Assembly (NCBI RefSeq): GCF_009914755.1
Contig: NC_060926.1
DNA from: the human T2T-CHM13v2.0 reference genome, Homo sapiens
DNA length: 64,000 nt
Strand: one strand, 5' to 3'
Part shown: positions 51,161-64,000 of the stretch, piece by piece
Position numbering within the stretch: the stretch's first letter is position 1
Layout of the letters: the number at the start of each line of letters is the position of its first letter
The notes under the pieces: model-generated
What the model was told of the DNA's origin: nothing
The model's database searches: none
The model's input: the letters and a program-made list of their open reading frames with translations, nothing else
Translations under genes and position numbers: made by a program

Positions 51161-54092
51161 CTAAGTATACAGAGATCAGCTTTTTTTTAACTTTTATTTT
51201 AGGTTTAGGGGTATATGTGCAGCTTCGTTATACAGTAAACTCATGTCACAGGAGTTTGTTGCACAGATTATTTTGTCACCCGGGTACTAAACCTAGTACC
51301 AAATAGTTATTTTTTCTGATCTTCTCCCTCCTCCCACCCTCCACCCTCCAATAGGCCCAGTGTCTGTTGTTCCCCTCTTTGTGTGTATGTGTTCTCATCA
51401 ATTGGCTCCCACTTATAAATGAGAACATGTGGTATTTGGTTTTCTGTTCCTGCGTTAGTTTGCTAAGGGTAATGGCCTCCAGCTCCATCCATGTTCCTGC
51501 AAAGGACATGATTTCTTTCTTTGTTATGGCTGCATAGTATTCCGTGATGTATATGTACCGTATTTTCTTTCTCCAATCTGCTATTGATGGGCATTTAGGT
51601 TGATTCTATGTCTTTGCTATTGTGAACAGTGCTCCAGTGAACATACATGTGCATGCATCTTCATGATAGAACAATTCATATTTCTTTGGGTATATACCCA
51701 GTAAAGGGAATGTAGTTCTGTTTTCAGCTCTTTGAGAAATCACCACACCGCTTCCCACAATAGTTGACCTAATTTATACTCCCACCAACAATATAGAAGC
51801 ATTCCTTTTCTCTGCAACCTCACCAGCATGTTATTTTTTGACTTTTTAATAATAGTCATTCTGACTGGTATGAGATGGTATTTCATGGTGGTTTTGATTT
51901 ACATTTCTCTAACAATCAGTGATATTGAGCTTTTTTTCATATGATCATTGGCCGCATGTATGTCTTCTTTTGAAAAGTATCTGTTCATGTTCTTTGCCCA
52001 CTTTTTAATAGGGTTGCTTGGTTTTATCTTGTAAATTTGTTTAAGTTCCTTATAGATTCTGGATATTAGACCTTTGTCAGACATATATTTTGCAAATGTT
52101 TTCTCCCTTTCTTTAGGCTGTCTGTTTATGCTGATGATAGTTTTTTTGGCTGTGCAGAAGCTCTTTAGTTTAATTAGATCTCTTTTGTCTATTTTTGCTT
52201 TTGTTGCAATTGTTTTTGGTGTCTTCATCTTTGGCAGTTCCTAGGTCCAGAATGGTATTGCCTAGGTTGCCTCCCAGAGTGTTCATAGTTTTCAGTTTTA
52301 CATTTAAGTCTTTAATTCATTTTGAGTTAATTTTTGTATATGGTGTAAGAAAGGGGTCCAGTTTCAATCTTCTGCATATGGCTAGCCAGTTATCACAGCA
52401 ACATTGATTGAATAGAAAGTTCTTTCCCCATTGCTTCTTTTTTCCAGTTTTGTTGAAGATCAGATGGCTTCAAGTGTGCAAACTTATTTCTGGGCTCTCT
52501 ATTGTGTTCTGTTAGTCTATGTGTCCATTTTTGTACCAACACCATGATATTTGGATAACGTGGTAACTCCAGGTTTGTTATTTTTGCTTAGTATTTCCTT
52601 GGCTATTTAGCTTTTTTTGGTTCCTTATGGATTCTAAAATAGTTTTCCCTAGTTCTGTGAAGAATGTCATTGGTAGTTTGATAGAAATTGCAATGAATTT
52701 GTAAATTGCTTTAGGCAGTATGGCCATTTTAATGATACTGATTCTTCTTATCTATGAGCATGAAATGTCTCTTATTTGTTTGTGTCATCTCTGATTTCTT
52801 TGAACAGTGTTTTGTAATTCTCATTGTAGAGATCTTTCGTCTCCCTAGTTAGCTGTATTCCTAGGTACTTTATTGTTTCTGTGGCAATTGTAAATTGTGA
52901 ATCAGGGTTACATTCCTGATGTTGCTCTCGGCCTCACTGTTCTTGGTGTATAGGAATGCTAGTGATTTTTGTATGTTGATTAGGTATCCTAAAACTTTGC
53001 TTTTTATCAGCTAAAGGAGATTTTTGACTGAGACCAGGAGGTTTTCTTGATGTAAGAATCATGTTGTCTGCAAAAAGAATAGTTTGACTTTCTCTCTTCC
53101 TATTTGGACACCCTTTATTTATTTCTCTTGCCTGATTGCTCTGGCCAGGACTTCCAATACTATGTTGAATAGGAGTGGTGAGAGAGGGCATTATTGTCTT
53201 GTGTCAGTTTTCAAAAGGAAAGCTTCCAGCTTTTACCCATTCAGTATGACATTGGCTGTGGGTTTGTCATAGATGGCTCTTATTATTTTGAGGCATGTTC
53301 CTTCAATACCTAGTTTACTGAGGGTTTTTAACCTGAAGGGGTGTTGAGTTTTATTTAAAGCTTTTCTCAATATATTGAGATAATCGTGTAATTTTTTTAA
53401 GTTAGGTTTATGTGATGAATCACATTTATTGATTTGTATATGTTGAACCAGCCTTGCATTCCAGGGAAAAATCCCACTTGATTGCGGTGGATTAGCTTTA
53501 TTATGTGCTGTTGGATTCAGTTTGCAAATGTTTTGTTTTGTTTTGTATTTGAAAATTTTTTGCATCAGTGTTCATCAAGGATATTGGCCTCACGTTTTCT
53601 TTGTTGTGTCTCTGCCAGATATTGGTGTCAAGATGATGTTGACCTCACAGCATGAGTTAGGGAGGAGTCCCTCCTCCTTAATTTTTTGGAATAGTTTCAG
53701 TAGAAATGCTACCAGCTATTTTTGTACATCTGGTAGGAGTCAGCTATGAATCTACCTGGTCCTGGGCTTTTTTTGGTTGGTAGGGTCTTTATTACTGATT
53801 CCATTTCACAGTTCATTATTGATCTGTTCAGAGAATCAATTTATTCCTGATTCAGTCTTAGTGGGTGTATGTGTCCAGAAATTTATCCACCTCTTCTAGA
53901 TTTTCTAAGTTGTGTGCATAGAGGTGTTCATAGTAGTCTCTGATGGTTGGTTGTATTTCTGTGGGGTGAGATCAGTGGTAACATCCCTTTTGTCATTTCT
54001 AATTGTGTTAATTTGGATTTTCCTTTTTTGTTAATCTAGTTAGTGGCCTGTGTAGTTTAATAATTTAAAAAAAAGAAAAAAACAACTTCTGG

Positions 54093-54223
54093 AATGGCAT
54101 GAACCCAGGAGGCAGAGCTTGCAGTGAGCCAGGATTGCACCACTGAACTCCAGCTTGGGCAACAGAGCAAGACTCTGTCTCAAAAATAAAAATAAAAAAA
54201 ACAACAAAAACAACAAACAAACC
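54093..54223 (+). mobile_element. 5'-truncated AluY (right-arm end)
   Basis: 'gaatggcatgaaccc...gagcttgcagtgagcc' plus A-tail; TSD resembling AAAAACA(A/G)CT(T/C)CTGGA. Confidence 0.88.
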
Positions 54224-54247
54224 AAAAACAGCTCCTGGATTTGTTGA

Positions 54248-54423
54248 TTTTTTTTTTTCTTTTGGGACAGAGTCTCACTCTGTCACCCAGACTGGAGTGC
54301 AATGGTGTGATCACAGCTCTCATAGCTCACTGCAACTTCTGCCTCCTGGTTTCAAGCAATTCTTGTGACTCAGCCACCCAAGTAGCCAGGATTACAGCCA
54401 TGTGCTACCACACCTGGCTAATT

Positions 54424-54457
<34 letters not shown>

Positions 54458-54590
54458 TGTGTGTGTATTTTTAATAGAGATAGGCTTTTGTCATGTTGGC
54501 CAGGCTGGTCTCAAACTTCTGGCCTCAGGTGATCTGCCCACCTCAGCCTCCCAAGTGCTAGGATTATGGGTATGAGATACTGCGCCCAGC
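54248..54590 (-). mobile_element. AluS with (TG)n in the middle linker
   Basis: Full reversed dimer; (TG)n at 54424-54466. Confidence 0.92.
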
Positions 54591-54912
54591 ATATTGATCT
54601 TTTGAGTGACCTTCGTGTCTTGATCTCCTTCAGTTTAGTTCTTATTTTGGTTATTTCCTGTCTTGTGCTAGGTTTGGAGTTGGTTTTCCCTTGCTTCTTT
54701 AGTTCTTTTAGTTGTGACATTAGGTTGTTAATTTGAGATCTTTCTAACTTTTTGATGTGGGGATTTAGTGCTATAAATTTCCCTCTTAACACTGCCTAAG
54801 CTGTGTTCCAGAGATTCTGTTATATCTTTGTTCTCATTAGTTTCAAAGAACTTCTTGATTTTTGTCTTAATTTCATATTTACCTAAAAGTCATTCAAGAG
54901 CAGGTTGTTTAA

Positions 54913-55246
<334 letters not shown>

Positions 55247-55974
55247 TATTGTTAAATGTTACACTTAGCAATAAGTTCTTGGTTTGGAATATCATATGCA
55301 TTATCCTACTAAGTGAGCCAGGAAATAATCAGAGGTCAGTAGTGCAAGACCAGAAGAAAAGAAAGTTAAAAAAAAAAATCAGGTCCTAAGTTTGAGGGTA
55401 TTGCCTAGAGGTATAAAGTTTGGAACCCAGTAGCCAAACTATGGTGTCACTACAGTATGGAGTAATTCCTTGCTGATGGCAAAAGGGCTCAAGGAAGGTA
55501 GAGATGGAGAAGGTTATGCCCATGCAGAGGTGAGCAATGAGGCTGGAGTGAAGATGAGCCCCTGCCTCATTCTGGGAGAACTCCACCACAGGAGGGTATA
55601 TATTTATATCTACACAGTGACTGAGAGACTCCAAGATGAGGTATAAAACGAAGAGCCAAACAGTGGTAGACAATATGAACATTATATTGACTTTACAATT
55701 ATTGGAATAAAATAAAAAAGAACAAGTATTAGTGAGGACATAAAAAAAATGAAGCCTTCATACATTGTTGGAGGGAATATTTAAAAGGTGCAGCTGCTAT
55801 GGAAAACAGTCTGGCATTTCCTCAAAGTGATGAGACAACTGGATTTCCACATTCAAAAGAATGAAGTTGGACTCTTACTTCATACCATATACAAAAAAAA
55901 AGAAAAAAAAACCCCTCAAAATGAATCAGTGACCTAAATATATTGGCTAAAACCTTGAAACTCTCAGAGGGAAA

Positions 55975-56013
55975 CAGAGAGCAAGACTCCGTCTCAAAAA
56001 AAAAAAAAAAAAA
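55975..56013 (+). mobile_element. Alu extreme 3' fragment
   Basis: 'agagcaagactccgtctc' plus poly-A inside the L1MB. Confidence 0.8.
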
Positions 56014-56126
56014 GAAAACATAGGAGTAAATCTTCATGACCTTAGATTTGGTGACAGATTCTTACGTAGGACAACCAAAGCCTGAAGGGGGGAGAAATAA
56101 TTGAATTTCCTCAATCAAAAAGTTTT

Positions 56127-56443
56127 TTGTTGTTGTTTCTTTGTTTTGTTTTGTTTATTTGAGATAAAGTCTCACTCTGTTGCCCAGGCTAGAGTGCAGT
56201 GGCGCGATCTTGGCTCACTACAATCTCCCCCTCCCGGGTTCCAGCAATTTTCTCACCTTAGCCCCCTGAGTAGCTTGGAATATAGGCATGCACCATCACA
56301 CTCAGCTAATTTTTTGTACTTTTAGTAAAGGTGGGGTTTCACCATATTGGCCAAGCTGGTCTCAAACTCCTAATCTCAAGTCATCTGCCTGCCTCAGCCT
56401 CCCAAAGTGCTGAGATTACCAGTGTGAGCCACCATGCCTGGCC
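56127..56443 (-). mobile_element. AluS
   Basis: Reversed dimer. TSD CTCAAT(C/T)AAAAAGTTTT at 56110-56126 and 56444-56460. Confidence 0.93.
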
Positions 56444-57404
56444 CTCAATTAAAAAGTTTTGTGCAGCAAAGGACATTATCAAAAAGTGGAAAGACAATCT
56501 ACAAAATACAGAAAATGCTTACAAATTATGTAGCCTATAGGAACTTCTAAAACTCAACAATAGAAAGACAACCCAATTAAAAAATGGGCAGAGGACTCAA
56601 ATGGACATTTCTTCAAAGAAGACATACAAATGGCCAATACGTAAATGAAAAGATGCTCAATACTCTTAGTAGTTGGGGAATTAAAAATCAAAATTAAAAT
56701 GAGATACAACTTCACATCTACTGGAATAGAATGGAAAAGAGTAAGTGTTGGTGAGGATGTGAAAAAAAAATTGAAGCTTATGTATGTTGCTCAAGGGGAT
56801 GTGAAAAGGTCTAGCTGCTGTAGAAAACAGTTTGGTAGTTCCTCAAAAAACTAAACCTGGAGTTACCATATGACCCAGTACTCTTGTATATATACCCAAA
56901 AGAATTGAAAACAGAAACTTGAACAGATACTTATTTGCCAATGTTCATTAAAGCATTATTCACAATAGCCAAGAACTAGAAATAATGCAAGTGCCATCAA
57001 CTGACAAATAGATAAAATATGCAATGGAATATTATTAAGCCATAAAAGGAAGGAAGTTCTGATTCATGTTGCAATATGAATGAAGCTTGCAAAGACAACT
57101 AAATGAAATAAGCCAGACACAGAAGGACCAATATTATCTGATTCTATTTATATGAAATATCTAGAACAGGCAAATCCATAGAGACAGAAAACAGATTAGG
57201 AATCACCAAAGGGTAGAGAAAGAGAGGAACAGAGAGTTACTGCTTGAGGCTAGAGTTTTTGTTTGGAGTCATAAAAGGGTTTTGGAAGTGGTAGAGCGAA
57301 TTTTGCATAACATGTGGGTGCAATAAATGCCACTTACTTGTTCACTTAAAATGATTAAAATTGCAAATTTTGCTAGATATAGTTTACCACAATATTAAAA
57401 ACTA

Positions 57405-58030
57405 ATACAATTGAAAGGAGAAATAGACAAATCCACAATTATAGACTTCAACACTCTTAGTAATTGATAGAATAATTAGATGGAAAATTAGTAAGGATAT
57501 AGAGACTCCAAAAAAAATCCTATTGTAAAACTTGACCTAATTAACCTGTATAGAACACTCCACTCAACAACAGAGAATTTTTTTTCAAGTGCACATAGAT
57601 CGTTTACCACAATAGACCACATGCTGGGCCATAAAACAAAACTTAACAACTTTTAAGGAATTGAAATAATATAAAGTGTGTACTCGGATCATCATGGGAC
57701 TAAGCTAGAAATCATTAACAAGATATCTGGAAAGTCCTCAATTATTTGAGAATTATACAGCACACTTCTAAATTGCATATGAGCCAAAGAGGAGCCACAG
57801 AAGAAGTTAGAAAATATATTTTATTGAATAAAAATGAAAACAAACACAACAGATCAAAATTTGTGGGATATAGCTAAAGCAGGACTTGGGGGAAAATATA
57901 TAGCATTAAATGCTTATGTGAGAAAAGCAGAACACTCTCAGATTCATGAACTAAGCTTTGACCTTAAGAATCTAGAAAAAGAGCACAATTCAACAAAAAC
58001 AAGCAAATTAAAACAGAAGGAAGCAAATAA
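57405..58030 (+). mobile_element. Old L1M ORF2 endonuclease-region fragment
   Basis: 'tagaacactccactcaacaacag', 'atagaccacatgctgggccataaaacaa'; the frame reads 'QNLWDIAKAGLGGKYIALNAYVRK'. Confidence 0.8.
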
Positions 58031-59145
58031 TGGCTACGGCAGCAGAAGGCAATGGTGTGTAGAATGTAGTAAGATGTCAAGCAAGAAAAAATAAACAGTG
58101 GCTTCAATTACAAGCCTCAAATAAAAGTTTACATGTTTAGACATTTTGAATTATGGATGTTGAATTGCCATCAGGTTTCTTTTTATATGTGCAACTCTGT
58201 GTGGTGTACTCAAGGTGAGTGGTAGTTTGAGTTAATCATTTCATGATGGTTAACCCTGCTTTCACAAAAGCAAACACTCCATAAACAAGGCATAAGCATG
58301 ATGACCCAGAGAAAATGACCACACACAGAGGTGTGCTATCTTATCTGTTCAGGGTAGTTGGCATTAATGCCTTTTTACTCTAATAGTAGTGTTCCCCACA
58401 TATAGGAAAGTTCCTAGTTTCAAGTTTGTAAGTGGAAGATACACAATGTATCTTAACTAGTTAAACATACAGTGAAACTAGTTGAATATACAGTGTATCT
58501 TAACTAGTTGAACAATTGTATGAATTAGTGTGTTATATTCCCTAACCATTTTTCAAAAGCAAAAAAATAGGCTATGCAGTTTTAATGGTTACTCACTAAT
58601 CTTCCTTTATATTTTTTGTACCCAATAATGCATCCACAGCAGTATAATGTAATTTTGCCAATTTTTGAACTTTATATAATTGGAATCAATCAGAATATAT
58701 TCTTTTATGTCTGGCTTCTCTTGCTCAGCCCGATTTTCAGTGTCATTCATGCTGTAGATAGCTACAGTTGATTCGTTTTTCAGTGCTAAATTCTATTTTA
58801 TTATACTACTATTCCACAACTTATGCTTCCATTGATGAGCATTTGAATTATTTTGAGTTCTGCTCTTTTACAGTCTCTGCTAAGAACCTTCTTACCATGT
58901 ACCTTGGTGCACATAAGTATTCAGAACTTTAGGGAAGATACTAGAAGCAGAACTACTGGGTCCTAGGAATGAATATCTTCTAGTTCTCTAAATAATGCCA
59001 ACTTTTCCTAAAGTGATTGTATCAATTTTGATCCCCACCAGTAGTATATGGGAGTTTTTGTTCCTCCACATATGTACCAATTCTTGTTTTGTTTTATTAA
59101 TTCTTTTTTCCTGTACCCCACCCCCAGATCTTTCTGTTACTTTGC

Positions 59146-59202
59146 TTCTTTCTTTCCTTTCTTTCTTTCTTTTTCTTTCTTTCCTTTCTTTCTTTCTTTC
59201 AT

Positions 59203-59242
<40 letters not shown>

Positions 59243-59250
59243 TCCTTCTT
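59146..59250. repeat. (TTTC)n polypyrimidine microsatellite
   Basis: About 100 bp of mostly TTTC units. Confidence 0.95.
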
Positions 59251-59552
59251 GTTTTTGAAGAAAAGTTTACAATTTTATTATGGTTACATTTATAAATATT
59301 TTCCTTTATGGCTAATGTTTTTTGTGTCTTATATAAGAAACCTTTACCTACCTGAGGTGAAGAAGATATTCTCCTATATGGTTCCCCAAAACCTTTTTTG
59401 TTTTACCTTTCATATTTAGATCTCTAATCCACTTTAATTAATTACTGAGTGTGGGCCAATTTCATTTTGGATGCCCATGTAGTCCAGCTCTATCTTACAG
59501 CCCTTCTCCATGATTCTACAACACCAATTGTATCAAAAATAAAGGATCCAAA

Positions 59553-60168
59553 GTTGGGTACGGTGGCTCATGCCTGTAATCCTAAAACTTTGGGAGGCCA
59601 AGGCAGGAGGATCACTTGAACCCAGGAATTTAAGACCAGCCTGGGCAACCTAGTGAGACCCTAACTCAACAAAAAATAATTTTTTGGCTGGGTGTGGTGG
59701 CTCACACCTGTAATCCTAGCACTTTGGGAGGCTGAGGCAGGCAGATCACTTGAGGTCAGGAGTTCGAGACTAGCCTGGCCAACATGGTGAAACCCCATCT
59801 CTACAAAAAATACAAAAATTAGCTGGATGTGGTGGCGGGCGCCTGTAATCCCAGCTACTCAGTAGGCTGAGGTTTGATAATCACTTGAACCTGGGAGGCA
59901 GAGGTTGCAGTGAGCCAAGATCACGCCACTGCACTGTAACCTGAGTGACAGAATGAGACTCTGACTCAAATAATAACAATAACAATAATAATAATAATTT
60001 TTTAAACAATTAGCCATTTGTGGTGGCACACAACTGTAGTCCCAGCTACTTGGGAGCCTAAGATGAAGGACCGCTTGAGCCTGGGAGATAGAGGTGGCAG
60101 TGAGCCATGATCACCACTGCACTCCAACCTGGTAACAGAGACCCTATCTCAAAAAAAAAAAAAAAAAA
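59553..60168 (+). mobile_element. AluJ split by a nested AluS
   Basis: Left arm 59553-59685, right arm 60004-60168. Outer TSD resembling AAAAAT(A/C)AAGG(A/G)TCC. Confidence 0.9.
59686..59992 (+). mobile_element. AluSz-like nested in the AluJ linker
   Basis: Full dimer. TSD AATAATTTTTT at 59675-59685 and 59993-60003. Confidence 0.93.
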
Positions 60169-60325
60169 TCAAGGGTCCCTATATGTATGAGTCTGTTTCT
60201 GAGTTCTATTCTACTCCTAGAATTGTGAAATACAACTATTTATCTAATCTTGTGCTAAAACCACAGTTTTAGTTATTATGTCTTTATAGTAAGTCTTGAC
60301 ATTTAATAGAATATGTACTCCTACC

Positions 60326-60502
60326 AAGGATTGCCCACATAATTTGCAACACTCACTGCAAAATAAAAATGTGAGGCCTTTTTATCAAAAATTATTAAGA
60401 ATTTCAGGATGACAACAGCAGAGTATTAAAGAGAGCATGGGATCCTTCTAAGTGTAGGTATCTGACAACTACCCAGATCATATGCCCGTGAAGCCAGCAT
60501 TG
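60326..60502 (-). mobile_element. MER45A (hAT-Tip100) DNA transposon
   Basis: 'acataatttgc...tgcaaaataaaaatgtgaggcc...aaaaattattaagaatttcaggatgacaacagcagag...cccgtgaagccagc', MER45A in reverse. Confidence 0.8.
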
Positions 60503-60527
60503 CCCCCACCCTAAATTTCAGTGTCCA

Positions 60528-60692
60528 CAAATAAAGTTTTATTGAAATCAAGACATAATCATTCTTTTTTGTATTACCTATGCTTCTCTTTGCACTACAA
60601 GAGCAGGGTGGAGTAGTTCCAACAGAGACTGTGGCCCCCAAGTCTGAAATATTTACCATCTGGCCCTTTAAGAAAAAGTTTGCCCACTTCAG
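60528..60692 (+). mobile_element. MER58A (hAT-Charlie) 3' part
   Basis: 'aaataaagttttattgaaa...gagtagttccaacagagac...aaatatttaccatctggccctttt.agaaaaagtttgcc'. Confidence 0.82.
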
Positions 60693-62914
60693 CCTAAGAT
60701 TCTGAATGTAGTTTTAGAGGAGTAGGGGAATTTATGGAGGAAATAGAAATTGGGTTGTGCACTGAATGACGAGCAAGATTTGGATACATTAAAATTGAGG
60801 GGAAATATCTCCTAGACATGAGGAAAGCATGAAGAATCCTTGGGATCAGTAGTAGATATAGGGAAGTCAGGTCAGTGTGAAGAATGACCTACTAACACAG
60901 CATTTCTACTTTGGGAAATTACTGAAGGTAAGATTGTAGAACTAGGAAGTATCCAGAAAACTCTGGAAAATAAGGCCAATTTTTGAAGAAAATTTTCCAA
61001 GAGAAAGTAGAACACATTAGGCATATTTTATCATGAGACATTTTAAAATGCATGATTTTTGTCTTGAAAGACACACTGAAAAGACACATAGAAAATCAGG
61101 CAAATTTAGTACCCCTGTTCCATATTATAAATCACCATTTGGGCTTAGATTATGTTTTCCATTAGTGTCATCTGGCATCTAAAATGATCTCATACACACA
61201 TACCTTTCCATTTCACCTATGAAATGACTTTTCTTATTTATTTTCATCAATATGAACCTAGGATAACTACATATTTGATATTTTCCTGAATTCATATCAC
61301 ATGCTCTTTAAACAAAACAACTAACTCATACTCATGAGCCTCCTATATGGCCCCTTTTGAAGTAGCCATTATTTACCTCTCAGCTATAGGCAGATAAGAC
61401 ATTGATTACATTTCAACTTTATTGGAAAATCAGCCTCTTCACACAGGGTTTGAGGACACAAATTAAGTTACTCCATTCTTTGATTCACACACTGGTCAGT
61501 CAGGTTGCTCGTGCTACCCTGCACCGAAGCTTTCTGGAAGTCATACCATAAGTAGGAAAACCTATGTTCGGTGCCATCTCAGCATCCTTTATGCTTGCTC
61601 CCTCATAACAAGACAACTAGGTTTTTCCCAGCCATAGTTTGGATCCCCTGCCTAGTAAAATAATTTATTTTTTACCTTCTTCTCTTGTGTCAGTTTCCTT
61701 GAACTGGCTCATGACTGATGGCAAATAAATGTGTTAGGTCCTGAGGGGATCCAAATTTTTTAAGTAGATTTCTGAAAAAACTGATTTTAAATCAAAAGGA
61801 ATCACATTTTAAGGGGAAATTTCACACAATGCAGTTGAAGTGATACTTCCAAGCAGGGTTCTTTCTAGCAATCTTCAAAAAAACAACAAGAAAAAATTCA
61901 GGCCATGTAGGCAACTGTTGTTCCGTTTTACATAGATATCATAGTCTACATAGCAGTCAATGTCCACTCTATATCTACAGTTAGAGCTGTTGCCCAAGAA
62001 ACCTCTCAGGAGCTCACAGGCTTTGAGGCTGATTGGGCCCTGGAGACTAATCTGGAAGTCACACTACTTAGGCTATTAAGGTAGCCCTCCACCTTCTGGG
62101 ATATACTGTTCACTCAAAAAGAAATATTTATAGAGTTTACAGAAATCTCTGGACTCCATAAAATAATGGATGTGCATGTAGCACCCACCTCAACTAAGTT
62201 CTCTCACAGTTCATAGGAGAAATTTCACTTTCTGATCAGTTACTTGGCTTAAGAGTTTATTCATTTGGTTCTGAGCTGCGTTAGGGAAACAAGAAAGGCT
62301 CAGCCTAACAAGTCACATCCTGAACAAGGGAAGAAGCCCACACCAGCTGTCTCCAGGTCTTTTCAGCTTTTCATAAGACCAAATGCCATCAAAGTACTGG
62401 CTGCAATTCACAGTGTAGGATCCATGTGAAAGGCTGAAGATCTAGTATTTTATCATTAACAGATGTTGTCCATAGATTCAAATTCTTGAAATAAGAGGAG
62501 AGGGAGGGAGGGACTTTTTATTTTTTACTCTGCTAGTTTTGTGACTTTAGAATTTTATGCAGAAGGTATAGCTATAGCCACCACCATTTTAAAGGTGAGG
62601 AAACTGCAAATCAGCAGAGAAGTTGAGTCGCTGTCCAAGGACACATGGCTGATGGCAATATGTGCACTTGCTGGGTATCTATACTTACTGAGGGCCACTG
62701 TTCCTTTATTCAAGCCTCTGCTTCTTGCTTTGGAATCCTGTAGCTGAGCAGCAGTTGATAGATATCATAGAATCAGCTAAAAATTACAAAAAAGGGGGAA
62801 GAAAAGTTCATGTATGATGATGTTAATTAATCATGAATCCAAGCAGTCTCTCTAAGGCCTTCCATTCCCATAAATCAATCTCAAGCTCTAAGATCCACAT
62901 TCTGTTTTTAGAAA

Positions 62915-63110
62915 TAATAATAACTATCTTTGAGGTAGTTATTAGGAGACTTCTAGGTGCCAGATAATATATACTTTAATCTTTCCAATAGCAAAATAGG
63001 TTTTCCGATTTTACAGATTAGAAAACTGGCTAAATTATCTGCCTCATCTAGTAAATGGGAAAATGAGAATTTGAACCTAGGTCTCTCCCAGTCTCCTTTG
63101 TCCAGTATTT
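62915..63110 (-). mobile_element. MIR
   Basis: 'ccgattttacagattagaaaactgg...gaatttgaacctaggtct'. Confidence 0.7.
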
Positions 63111-63559
63111 ACTACTGCTCCAAGCTAGGTATATTATTATACCATCTTTATTTCAAAGCCTATGGAAGTTTAAAAGTTAAATACCAGCAGAGATTTACCC
63201 TCTTCAGGTAAATCTAACATTGCTACATACCTACTCTCTGTCACTTTTGATAGAAATGCACAAGAAAGTTTAACTCTTTCTGTACATCCAAGCATGCAAC
63301 CACATTTTGTCTTACCAAAGAAAGCCCACAACTTCAGCCTGCCTAGGCACCCACCAGGAGGGTTCAAAGGCCTACTACCTAAAAAGTTATTCTGCTAGTT
63401 TCCTGGAGTTATAAGCTCCAATAACCTGATATCTGCATGCTCATCTTAACTCTTGAATTCTGGGTCCTTTTTGCATTAACCTTAACCAGGTGACTTGAGA
63501 CCGAAAGGGCTATTTTATCAGGGCTCCTTTGTTTAGTGGGTCACATAACAGATGTATCC

Positions 63560-63849
63560 CTTCAAATACCATCTTCCTGCTGATGACTCCTAAATTTATT
63601 CTCCAACTGTAGAACTATCCCAGGGGTTCCAGATTTGTATGTCAACTGCCTCCACAATATCTCCACTTGGACATGCAATATGTCAAAACATCTCAACATT
63701 ATGTGGCCAAAACGGAACTTTAGATTCCATACCAGGCCTGGCCTCCAGCCAATACATTCTTGGGCTTTTTCAAGCCCTTCTATAGCTTAATAAACAAAAT
63801 TCTTCAGTCTCTACACTTAATTGCTCAGGTTGAAAATATAGAGGTCATT
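63560..63849 (+). mobile_element. L2 fragment
   Basis: 'ttcaaataccatct...gctgatgactcctaaatttattctcca...atctccacttggacatg...catctcaac'. Confidence 0.75.
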
Positions 63850-63987
63850 CTTTCTATTTATTTTTTTTTTTTGAGAAGGAGTCTCATTTGTTGCTCAGGC
63901 TGTACTTGGACTTCTGGACTCTGGACATCCTCTCCTCTCAGCCTCCAGAGCAGCTGGGACAACAGGCACAGACCACCATGCCCAGCT
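63850..63987 (-). mobile_element. FLAM (free left Alu monomer)
   Basis: Single reversed monomer with T-tail. TSD TAGA(G/A)GTCATT at 63839-63849 and 63988-63998. Confidence 0.8.
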
Positions 63988-64000
63988 TAGAAGTCATTAT

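Larger units (their letters stand above)
55705..57400 (+). mobile_element. L1MB-type LINE 3' portion (an extra L1M fragment at 55705-55826; interrupted by Alus)
   Basis: 'aaagaatgaagttggactc', 'atggacatttcttcaaagaagacatacaaatggccaat', and 3' UTR 'aggcaaatccatagagacagaaa...ttaccacaat'. Confidence 0.82.
58600..60310 (-). mobile_element. L1ME-type LINE, interrupted by (TTTC)n and nested Alus
   Basis: 'ttttgaactttatataattggaatc...ttttatgtctggcttctcttgctcagc', resuming at 60175 with 'atatgtatgagtctgtttctg'. Confidence 0.7.

Noticed and set aside
58443-58515. CRISPR-like or operator-like array
   Set aside because: Only three imperfect adjacent units, no unique spacers, and a eukaryotic context.
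58995-59419. Hydrophobic SFFL-repeat ORFs resembling membrane proteins
   Set aside because: Translation of (TTTC)n and antisense L1.

Overview
AT-rich primate (most likely human or great-ape) intergenic or intronic DNA. It is dominated by Alu (J/S/Y/FLAM), L1 (PA, MA, MB, MC, ME), L2, MIR, MaLR LTRs and DNA transposons (Tigger3a, MER45A, MER58A). I can support no intact protein-coding gene: the ORF track is explained by decayed L1 ORF1/ORF2, fossil L2 reverse transcriptase, Alu or microsatellite frames, and chance. The largest structure is a full-length but dead L1PA7-like element (26643-33112) nested with a TSD in the 3' UTR of an older 5'-truncated L1PA. The most unusual things read directly from the sequence are: (i) a ~275-bp non-retrotransposed copy of an AluY-tail/AluSx junction placed ~950 bp upstream of its source; (ii) two fold-back (template-switch) palindromic insertions inside the L1PA7 ORF2; (iii) an Alu-in-Alu deletion scar; (iv) a closely spaced tail-to-tail inverted Alu pair; (v) two repeat-free, motif-dense, enhancer-like segments; and (vi) a few minus-strand splice-signal-bounded segments that could be lncRNA exons. 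I found no convincing evidence of a new biological system. Subfamily calls come from recalled consensus features, not alignments, and the boundaries of old repeats are approximate.
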